DNA of 64,000 bases from Trypanosoma brucei (taxonomy: Eukaryota). Below, piece after piece: positions 11,161 through 19,332 of this stretch. Under the pieces are notes generated by a model. That model was not told the origin of the DNA, made no database searches, and was given only the letters and a program-made list of their open reading frames with translations. Position 1 is the stretch's first letter, and each line of letters opens with the position of its first letter. The DNA lies in the NCBI GenBank assembly GCA_000002445.1, contig CP000071.1, positions 1,184,001 to 1,248,000 of the forward strand, in the 5' to 3' direction. A program made the translations under genes and the position numbers.

Positions 11161-12131
11161 TTTACGTATCGCTATGAGGTCCTTCCGTCCACATGACGAA
11201 TACAGCTACAAATGATCTTGCACTACAGCGGGTGGTATTAACGATAAGGTTACATCAGCTTCAGCACACTCTGCTTCTGCTTTTAACCCTAGACTTATCT
11301 AATCCCTGCCGCCCATGCAGTTGCATAATTAAATAGAAGATAATAAGGGAGAATGAAAATGAATGAAGATGGGAAAATACGGTGAAGGAACACAAAGGGT
11401 ACTATAGCAGTATAGGAGCACGCCACAAGAAGATGTGCTCGGACAAGCGGATGGATCACCAACAAGATAGGGGACCTTCGGAGGGTTTCACAGTTGGAGT
11501 CAGCATGGACTCACCTCAAAGGAAGACAAATAAGGGAAAAGAATAGAAAAAATAAAATTACGTTCCCCTGTGGCACAACGACGGCAAGCGTCGGGGTACC
11601 TGAAGCTGTACAGGCGTGCTCGCTGTAGCGACCGCACAGTCTTGTATTGTGCACTGCTTCACTGTAACATGATAGTTCATACCCCAATATATGTTGCCTA
11701 CAACCTTGTCCCCTACACACTCAGATGACACCGCACCAGTGGCATGCGGAACCGTAGTGGTAGGAGGCGGCAACCCAGGAACCTCCAGCAGCTGAAAATA
11801 TAATTTTGATGGAGAGATCTCTAGATAGAGCCGGCGTCTATGTATAAACATGCCGGCTGCACTGAGGCCGGCGTTGGGTAACCCCAGAGCCGATGCCAAC
11901 AACAACAAAAAAAAGAAATAACGACCGATCAATAACGATAAGAATGATAATGGTGGAAATACATGTACATGTACGGGAGCACATGAATAACTAGTGAATA
12001 GCGAAAATAGCGATCAGTTGAGTTACTGAGACCTTTCCACCCTGCTCTCACTCAGTTACTGCAAGCACGTGTTGCATGGGAGTGGAAGGACAGTAAGACA
12101 TTGCGCATGTTTGTGTGATAGTCTAGGAAAT

Positions 12132-12225
12132 TCACTGCTCGACCCTTTCTTTGTTGCCGTAGGCAGATGCGTAATCTTGCTCATCCTCATCCAGTGTACT
12201 CACGAATTTCGGACGAGCGGGTGCA
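12132..12225 (-). pseudogene. A 31-codon 3' remnant of the 752-aa NHL glycoprotein (FLA1BP-like) gene. The rest of the gene is deleted from the first array unit.
   Basis: Positions 12132-12225 match 19333-19427, which is the C-terminal end of the 752-aa CDS (...ARPKFVSTLDEDEQDYASAYGNKERVEQ*). Homology breaks abruptly at 12225 (agcatt versus gactac). Confidence 0.55.
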
Positions 12226-12772
12226 GCATTGCACCGTTCACATCACAGCCTGCCATAGCGATTGTTTCTTTTTTTCTCAGGCTATTTGCAAATTGTAGTT
12301 ACCATTGGAGTAATGCGCCAGATAAGGCGGTTTATAAATAATGTCGAGCTGCTCAGTGTCATGCGAACACGTACCTCAGCATTACGGAGGAAAATGGTCT
12401 AGTGTTGTTACCGTGTTTAAATAATTTCGGTCACTTAACAATCTGGTTGTTAGCGTATTGTTTCTTAGGTTTTCTCGCTAGCCGTTCGATTCAAACAATA
12501 CACAACCATTTGTATGCGTGGCCAATCTTAATTATTCAAAAACATGGGAAAACGGAACGTCTGCCAAATTAATGATGTAATGCCCTTAATTGCTATACAT
12601 GCGTGTTACATACAACAACAGCGTTCTTTCAACATGTGTGGTATAGTGCAAACGAAATACAATGCTAAACCCCCACACAGAAGTCCTGTGATGATATCTT
12701 TCTGTTTCTCCACGTAGATGGTGAGCACCATCACGTATTCTGGTGTGACATCAATGCCACTCGTAGCGGTAG

Positions 12773-14413
12773 TCACTCGAACGCCGGCAACCGTACAAAG
12801 GCGAACTTTACGTTGTACGGGCTTACCACCATCAGGAAAAGAAGTACGATAGCTACCGCACCAAGAAGTGCGGAGGAAACGATACCACCGAGACACACAC
12901 CGTCGCATCTAGATAGACGTGAGTCATCTCCGCATACGGACTCAGCTAAGGTAATGTGCTGGCAATCATCCACACACTTCACCATGCAGAGCGGCAACAG
13001 GTGACTCCACTGCTCTTGCTGCGACACTTCTTCAAGGAACATCCGGGTCCACGTCCATGGAGACGAGAACAGCCGCTTCTGCGCACGTCCCTTGCTCATG
13101 CCGGGGGGGCCCCTGTAGTTGGTAATAAGGATGGTATTCTCAAGGTTCATCATTGCAGTAAGGTTTGTCCACGTCGAAACATTTGTACCACCAGGCACGT
13201 TAATCTCACCGGGTGGAAGGAACACAGCATAGAAGTCCTCTGTACGAAAGGCTACCTCCACATCTTTTATAATCCATGAATACAGGGCGTGCATGAGCCG
13301 ATCATTTCCCATTGGGAACGAGGAAGCGCGAAAGGCGGCCACAGCTGTGGATCTCGGAGGTGACCCGGGCGTTGGCGTGGGAGTCACCGGCGGTAGTGGT
13401 GTTGGTGAATAGCATTTCTCACGGACGGCGTACACAGCTGTTTCGGTTATGGCATAATATTCACATCCATTCACCTTAACCAGTGAGACAATCGGCCCAT
13501 GCATCCACTCCATCACCTTCTTAGGGCACAACAGACCGGTTTCAGAGGAATTCAATTCAAGGGACATGATATGGCTCTCGCCGTTAGGTTCACCGTAATA
13601 ATAGAGCTCATTCTCGTCCTCAGTTAACATCAAGGCATCGACATAATCGAGACAACTCATATTGGCGATGTCCCAGCTCTTCTTGTTACCATCCGAATCG
13701 CTGAGGCTATTCAGGTCCACCGCTGCAATCCACGAGGTCTCCTTCACGACATACATGAAATTCCGCTTCTTGCTTATTTGCATCACACCAGGTTGAAAAC
13801 CTCCAACAAGTTTCGCCGTTACATTGTTGGACACACTTATCTGCGAGTACATAATCCTTGAATTTCCAGTATCCGAAATAAATAAAACCGGTGCCCCGTC
13901 TTGTTCATGATAAATAATACTACTCGGTTTATCAACTTCATTGGCCGCAAACTTCGTCACCATTCCATCAGCATCTATCCGCTTCATGCAATCATTATCC
14001 CTGTCCGCCACGTAAATATCATTGTTTACACCAACAACAGAGGTGGGATGATTAAAACGAGCAACCTCTAAAGGACCAACTTCGTCACCACGCTTTGCAA
14101 GATTTCCCGCAACGGTATATATGCCAGTTTTGTTTACGAGTCGCACGGTGGATCCACCACCTCCAACATCACATAAAAGTAAAGGAAAGCTTTTGTTCTT
14201 AAAGAACCCACCCACCGCCTTGAATAAGCGACCAGTACCGTTTATGCCATCCGCCTGCCCACTACTACAGTTGATACAACTGTTGAAGAGGTTCACAATC
14301 ACCTTGGTGCCCACGGTTTGGTCTCCTATAACGGGACTCACAAAACCCAGCAGCAGCAACAACGCTGCCACGAGTGCGGCCAATGCTTCCCGTGATTCAG
14401 TCCTGCCACCCAT
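12773..14413 (-). CDS. FLA1: Flagellum adhesion glycoprotein FLA1-like. 546 aa, with a signal peptide, an NHL-repeat beta-propeller ectodomain, many N-glycosylation sequons and a C-terminal TM helix. It lacks the 44-aa Pro-rich insert.
   Basis: The ATG was verified. The N-terminus MGGRTESREALAALVAALLLLLGFVSPVIG is signal-peptide-like. An NHL-type repeat is present (GIYTVAG...FNHPTSVVGVNNDIYVADRDNDCMKRID). The C-terminal TM is LLGAVAIVLLFLMVV. The 546-aa length, against the 590-aa paralogue, matches the published FLA1/FLA2 relationship. Confidence 0.75.
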   Translation of the reverse strand: MGGRTESREALAALVAALLLLLGFVSPVIGDQTVGTKVIVNLFNSCINCSSGQADGINGTGRLFKAVGGFFKNKSFPLLLCDVGGGGSTVRLVNKTGIYTVAGNLAKRGDEVGPLEVARFNHPTSVVGVNNDIYVADRDNDCMKRIDADGMVTKFAANEVDKPSSIIYHEQDGAPVLFISDTGNSRIMYSQISVSNNVTAKLVGGFQPGVMQISKKRNFMYVVKETSWIAAVDLNSLSDSDGNKKSWDIANMSCLDYVDALMLTEDENELYYYGEPNGESHIMSLELNSSETGLLCPKKVMEWMHGPIVSLVKVNGCEYYAITETAVYAVREKCYSPTPLPPVTPTPTPGSPPRSTAVAAFRASSFPMGNDRLMHALYSWIIKDVEVAFRTEDFYAVFLPPGEINVPGGTNVSTWTNLTAMMNLENTILITNYRGPPGMSKGRAQKRLFSSPWTWTRMFLEEVSQQEQWSHLLPLCMVKCVDDCQHITLAESVCGDDSRLSRCDGVCLGGIVSSALLGAVAIVLLFLMVVSPYNVKFAFVRLPAFE

Positions 14414-14451
14414 TCCTGTTGCTCCACACTGTGATTCTATCAGTCAGTCGC

Positions 14452-14490
14452 TATATGTATATATATATATATATGTATATACCCCACGGA
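14452..14490. repeat. (TA)n microsatellite with TG interruptions, in the FLA1 upstream region.
   Basis: The sequence reads tatatgtatatatatatatatatgtatata. It recurs at 24070-24100 and, as a pure (TA)n, at 33689-33716. Confidence 0.8.
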
Positions 14491-14599
14491 TCTACCGTTG
14501 GGAAACAAACCTCAACCACAAAAGCGACCTATTAGCTCTGCTCAGTGAACTCACAACTCCCTTTAGTTGTCTTGTGATGATATTATTATTCACACATCA

Positions 14600-14705
14600 G
14601 AACAAAGAAAACAAAGGAAGCCAAAGGAAGACAAAAGAGGAGAAAGGAATCCGACACGTGAGAGAGAACAACAGTGGACGCAGACAGACGAAAGAAAAAC
14701 ACAGA
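14600..14705 (-). promoter_or_regulatory. Polypyrimidine tract on the coding (minus) strand. It is the likely trans-splicing signal for FLA1 and the polyadenylation guide for the upstream zinc-finger gene.
   Basis: The plus strand is almost pure purine (acaaaggaagccaaaggaagacaaaagaggagaaaggaa...gaaagaaaaacacag), so the minus strand is a CT-rich tract about 190-300 nt upstream of the ATG at 14413. Copies lie at 24218-24323 and 33833-33938. Confidence 0.4.
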
Positions 14706-14783
14706 TGCATTGAAGCCACGCATTTAGGGTTGGGGAAACATATTCAGAGTTTGAAAGCCACGCTTCACTCCTTCGTATTTTGA

Positions 14784-15512
14784 CTAAGGCAACGCAGACC
14801 CGCCACCCGCCGGTCCCTTACCAATGTGGAGGAAATTGCAGTACTTCCCACGCCTGCAGCCCTCCCGAGTGAGGAAGAAAGTACATACCCTGCCATATGT
14901 TGCATTTCCCACGTGGCGCTCATTTCGACGGATCTGTGAGAGGCGGTAATCCTCAGAAGAGGATGCTGCACTGGTTGGGAGCAGTGGGGAACCTGCAGGG
15001 GATGGCAGTGGTGTAGCCATGTTCTGTTGATGAGCAGAGTTTCGACCACCCGCCACAACCCCTATTCCCTGTGACGGAGGGGCATGTGGTAGTGATGAGG
15101 ATGCGGTACCCCCCGCACATCCGTAAGGCGGTGTGGTGCCAGTAGCGCTGTTGTGTGGCAGGGGGCACTCCCTCATACGTCCTTCGGCATTAGCGTCCCG
15201 CGGACGACCTGAGGCTACTTGGAGTTCTATAGAGAAAGGGTCGGGGCAGTTAACGCCACAGTGTCCGTTTATGGCTGAATAGAATTCCATAAGTGCCTGA
15301 TGCGCTACGTGTGTCGGTGGGCGCAGCGAGAGGACGTTAGGTGTAGCAACGGACAACACTTTCTCCGATGATAGCGGTTGGTACGGCGAGTTCTGAATCT
15401 TGCGCACGAGGCACACTGCCGATGGGGCTGCATGCTCCACAATGTAGTTCACCATCGCTCTCGTTGTGAGTTGCTGGGTAGTTGACGTTGCTTCCGCAGA
15501 CGAGATGGTCAT
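14784..15512 (-). CDS. CCCH-type zinc-finger protein of 242 aa with a single C-x8-C-x5-C-x3-H finger at the C-terminus. Unit copy 1.
   Basis: The ATG was verified. The C-terminal motif CTFFLTREGCRRGKYCNFLH gives C-x8-C-x5-C-x3-H. The upstream region is Ser/Pro/Ala-rich and low-complexity. Confidence 0.65.
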   Translation of the reverse strand: MTISSAEATSTTQQLTTRAMVNYIVEHAAPSAVCLVRKIQNSPYQPLSSEKVLSVATPNVLSLRPPTHVAHQALMEFYSAINGHCGVNCPDPFSIELQVASGRPRDANAEGRMRECPLPHNSATGTTPPYGCAGGTASSSLPHAPPSQGIGVVAGGRNSAHQQNMATPLPSPAGSPLLPTSAASSSEDYRLSQIRRNERHVGNATYGRVCTFFLTREGCRRGKYCNFLHIGKGPAGGGSALP

Positions 15513-15746
15513 TCAACTGCACGCGTATATACCCCCCACCCGTGCGGTTTTACAATGTTTCCGGGAGAAGAAATGAGGCTACCTTACCTTGGGATATTCA
15601 CCCACACAAACGGAAATTATCAACGATCCTACCTGCTTCGGGGTGGTTCTTCACATGCATCTGAACAAACCAACAACCAGTAGCAGCACAGCAACAATGT
15701 ACAACAAGTATACAATCACACCATCCCACTTACATAGATTCTCCTT

Positions 15747-16445
15747 TTAGTCTTCCTCATCCTCTTTCCCTTCGTAACACACCTCACTTTCCTCCACTTC
15801 CTCATCGCTACTTTCCGATTCAACACCCGAAAAACATTGCCGCCGCAGATTCAAAACCCCACGCGAGTAGTACGTTGCCATTCTTTCCACAGGAAGACTT
15901 AGGAAGTCCTGCACGCATGACGCTCTGTGCTCTTGCATGAATGCTATCACGGCCCACAGTTCAGCCATAGCCCAGATGTCACTACGGAGGGGACTCTTCT
16001 TTTCTGCTTCACCATCCTTTGCAGCGATCGCCACGTGGTCAGTCTTGCTATTATTGTTAGCATGTGACATAGCCCCAGCAAGACACATGTGCTCACCAAC
16101 GAACTTCACTAGCCTATAGTTATGATTGGGATGCACCGTAACGTTTCCAGTGTTGGGACATGGTAGCAATAGGATAGGGGTCTCCTCATCCGTTATGTCC
16201 TGCAGCAACACACCCGCTTGTCCAAGTAGTTGCCGAAGGTTCAGGGACGGTGCGGCAGAGGGCACCTGAGTTACCCTCCCATTAATGCGGATAACAAAGT
16301 GCGCCTCCTCATCGGTTCCACACTCCTTAGATCGGCCGCGCTTGCGAGTTCCCTTAACCACTTCTTGACCCGCCAATCGTGTCATGACCTCTACCAATAC
16401 CTTTAGTGATTGATCAACGGGGGAGAAAATCTTAGATAAGCACAT
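15747..16445 (-). CDS. Hypothetical protein of about 232 aa with an acidic Ser/Glu/Asp C-terminal tail. Unit copy 1.
   Basis: The track ORF starts at TTG (16460). The first ATG gives MCLSKIFSPVDQ... The tail reads ESESSDEEVEESEVCYEGKEDEED. It is conserved in all three units. Confidence 0.55.
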   Translation of the reverse strand: MCLSKIFSPVDQSLKVLVEVMTRLAGQEVVKGTRKRGRSKECGTDEEAHFVIRINGRVTQVPSAAPSLNLRQLLGQAGVLLQDITDEETPILLLPCPNTGNVTVHPNHNYRLVKFVGEHMCLAGAMSHANNNSKTDHVAIAAKDGEAEKKSPLRSDIWAMAELWAVIAFMQEHRASCVQDFLSLPVERMATYYSRGVLNLRRQCFSGVESESSDEEVEESEVCYEGKEDEED

Positions 16446-16840
16446 ATGGATGGCGCGCAACTGAAGTTGGGATGGCGGCTCGACTGATGCAACGTGACGA
16501 CCAATCTTATCCTAGTCAGAGTGACGTGGTGTAGGTATGGTGAGGCCACTGCAGTCGGAACGCTGAGAGTGTTCAGCACTAAAAACATTTCACGGGAGGA
16601 TCCCTAAACTGACACAGCAACTGTTCATATGTCCACTACACGATGAACCAGGGATACCATCGCGGAGGTGTAATTTAATCCACAGACACTGCGGGAGGTA
16701 TTGCTGGGGTTAGATCTCGAATAGTGCTACAGGCACTCAACAATTGCCGGACACAAAAGACTAATGGACACACACACCGCTTTCTTTGCCTAAAGTGCAG
16801 CCCTGGAAAGTTACAAATAAGGAATGACAGGTACCGTGAG

Positions 16841-18361
16841 TTAACCGGTGTCGTTGGTCGACACAGCCATTAGTTCCCTCAGGCGCTCTCTATATTCCTG
16901 TGCTACAACCCCATCCAGAGCAACTGTTATTCCGGCTGTGTTGCCACACTTCTGCTGCTGTTCTGCAAGCAGGATGCTGTAAACACTCTGCAATTCAGGA
17001 AGAGAACCCGCCGCCCGTAGACGCGCCACGTCTCGGTACGAGCGAAACATTCCTGCGGTACGTGCTTCACACACCACGCGTCTGCAAATATTTGGCAGAG
17101 CATCCAGTTCCCGCCCCCAGAACCGCGCGTCTGACCCAGCAGCGGCCACATTCCGAAAGAACTCCAAACCCGTCAGTCGCTCGATTTCTACCACAGGCAC
17201 CTGGTAAGCTGTGAGGGGCCGCTCCACGGCAATCGGTTCGTTCGGCATTAGGAAGGCAGCAGCTTCATGTGCCCCGTCCGCTCGCTCACCTAATATAACT
17301 TTGAAGAGGTGTGTGGGGACCGCAACGTCGCGCTTGCCCACAAGCTCATAGCAGACAATCTTCCGCAAGTGCACTGCTGCCTTGTCATTTCCACAGTGGC
17401 AGTGTTCTCCAGAAGCCAACACTCCGCTACTCACAGGTTTTACTGGAGACGGACATTGCGATGGTTCCGCCCACCGCCACGTGCGCACATCACCATCCAC
17501 GAGCCGCGGGTGGAAGACAGGTCCCGTCACTACCCACAATCCCCTCTCATAATACCGCCGCAACTTCCGTGTGAGGTTTTCCAACCGCAGCCAGTCGACA
17601 GCATTCATTGTCATGTCCTGTGGTACAGTGTTCGCATTCATGTTAAAGGTCTGAGCCAACTCAACAGTAGAGCTCTTGTGAAACTGTGCGGCAGCAAGGT
17701 GACCTCGGCTGAGGCCTCGTGAGTGCTGTCCCCTGCCACCCCCAATATAGTCACCGGGCTGCACGCGGAACAACTGAGGCACCGTCATGTCCGCAAAGAA
17801 CCTCATTCCATCTCGCTGGGCTTCCGCTGCGGAAGCGTTTACTAAGTCGTTATCAGCCGTGACCACTGAATCAGCAGCAGTGGTCCTGCCGGGGATGTAC
17901 TCCAACACCCAATTAGGGATACGACGCTCATAATTCAGACTAGAAACAAAGCCTTTGTAGTAGCGCAGGTGATCGTCGGACGGAAGCCCCTTGCTTGTAA
18001 GTCTTAGCACGAAAGGAGTAGTTTCCCCACCATCGTCGTTACACCTCTCCTTGGGGTATGCGGGCTGTGGGCATTGCACGTGTAACACCTCCGGACTTGT
18101 GCGCTCAGTCATCTGTTGATACGGAACAGGCGATGGATGGCATTTGTCCACACCAAACCAACCACCACGCTCCACAACCATTCCTATCGCGCCTCCCGCC
18201 AGCGCCGTACCAAGGAAGGCAAAGGCACGTCCCACGGAGGAAGCAGAAACCGCCATCGTATGCTTCTTCCTGCAGTTGATGCCACAAAGTGTAATAGAAG
18301 GAGTAAGTGGGATGACAGTGCACGTATCAGTGGGCATGAGCCGTACGGTGATGCGATGCAT
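16841..18361 (-). CDS. EndoG: Endonuclease G-like DNA/RNA non-specific nuclease (beta-beta-alpha-Me family) with an N-terminal hydrophobic anchor/presequence. Unit copy 1.
   Basis: The active-site block LSRGHLAAAQFH corresponds to the metazoan FDRGHLAAAANH. MNANTVPQDMTMNAVDWLRLENLTRKL corresponds to the EndoG region LSNVAPQVPHLNQNAWNNLEKYSRSL. VVTGPVFHP corresponds to VCTGPLFLP. VAVPTHLFKVILGE...FLMPNEPI corresponds to IAVPTHFFKVLILE...YVMPNAPV. The N-terminal hydrophobic stretch is FAFLGTALAGGAIGMVV. Confidence 0.85.
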   Translation of the reverse strand: MHRITVRLMPTDTCTVIPLTPSITLCGINCRKKHTMAVSASSVGRAFAFLGTALAGGAIGMVVERGGWFGVDKCHPSPVPYQQMTERTSPEVLHVQCPQPAYPKERCNDDGGETTPFVLRLTSKGLPSDDHLRYYKGFVSSLNYERRIPNWVLEYIPGRTTAADSVVTADNDLVNASAAEAQRDGMRFFADMTVPQLFRVQPGDYIGGGRGQHSRGLSRGHLAAAQFHKSSTVELAQTFNMNANTVPQDMTMNAVDWLRLENLTRKLRRYYERGLWVVTGPVFHPRLVDGDVRTWRWAEPSQCPSPVKPVSSGVLASGEHCHCGNDKAAVHLRKIVCYELVGKRDVAVPTHLFKVILGERADGAHEAAAFLMPNEPIAVERPLTAYQVPVVEIERLTGLEFFRNVAAAGSDARFWGRELDALPNICRRVVCEARTAGMFRSYRDVARLRAAGSLPELQSVYSILLAEQQQKCGNTAGITVALDGVVAQEYRERLRELMAVSTNDTG

Positions 18362-19332
18362 TTTACGTATCGCTATGAGGTCCTTCCGTCCACATGACGA
18401 ATACAGCTACAAATGATCTTGCACTACAGCGGGTGGTATTAACGATAAGGTTACATCAGCTTCAGCACACTTTGCTTCTGCTTTTAACCCTAGACTTATC
18501 TAATCCCTGCCGCCCACGCAGTTGCATAATTAAATAGAAGATAATAAGGGAGAATGAAAATGAATGAAGATGGGAAAATACGGTGAAGGAACACAAAGGG
18601 CACTATAGCAGTATAGGAGCACGCCACAAGAAGATGTGCTCGGACAAGCGGATGGATCACCAACAAGATAGGGGACCTTCGGAGGGTTTCACAGTTGGAG
18701 TCAGCATGGACTCACCTCAAAGGAAGACAAATAAGGGAAAAGAATAGAAAAAATAAAATTACGTTCCCCTGTGGCACAACGACGGCAAGCGTCGGGGTAC
18801 CTGAAGCTGTACAGGCGTGCTCGCTGTAGCGACCGCACAGTCTTGTATTGTGCACTGCTTCACTGTAACATGATAGTTCATACCCCAATATATGTTGCCT
18901 ACAACCTTGTCCCCTACACACTCAGATGACACCGCACCAGTGGCATGCGGAACCGTAGTGGTAGGAGGCGGCAACCCAGGAACCTCCAGCAGCTGAAAAT
19001 ATAATTTTGATGGAGAGATCTCTAGATAGAGCCGGCGTCTATGTATAAACATGCCGGCTGCACTGAGGCCGGCGTAGGGTAACCCCAGAGCCGATGCCAA
19101 CAACAACAAAAAAAAGAAATAACGACCGATCAATAACGATAAGAATGATAATGGTGGAAATACATGTACATGTACGGGAGCACATGAATAACTAGTGAAT
19201 AGCGAAAATAGCGATCAGTTGAGTTACTGAGACCTTTCCACCCTGCTCTCACTCAGTTACTGCAAGCACGTGTTGCATGGGAGTGGAAGGACAGTAAGAC
19301 ATTGCGCATGTTTGTGTGATAGTCTAGGAAAT

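Noticed and set aside
12069-12341. Plus-strand 90-aa ORF spanning the FLA1BP-remnant breakpoint, with partial copies at 19270..19473 and 28888..29091.
   Set aside because: It is antisense to the C-terminal end of the 752-aa gene in units 2 and 3. The unit-1 version differs only because the underlying sequence is the deletion junction. It is not an independent gene.
18759-19133. A 124-aa ORF with a signal-peptide-like N-terminus, repeated in each unit (11558..11932, 18759..19133, 28377..28751).
   Set aside because: It initiates at a TTG in the ORF track. From the first ATG only about 98 aa remain, and it lies in the FLA1BP 3'UTR / EndoG 5'UTR interval. It is conserved only because the whole unit is duplicated. 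It is most likely UTR sequence, which could be revisited with ribosome profiling.
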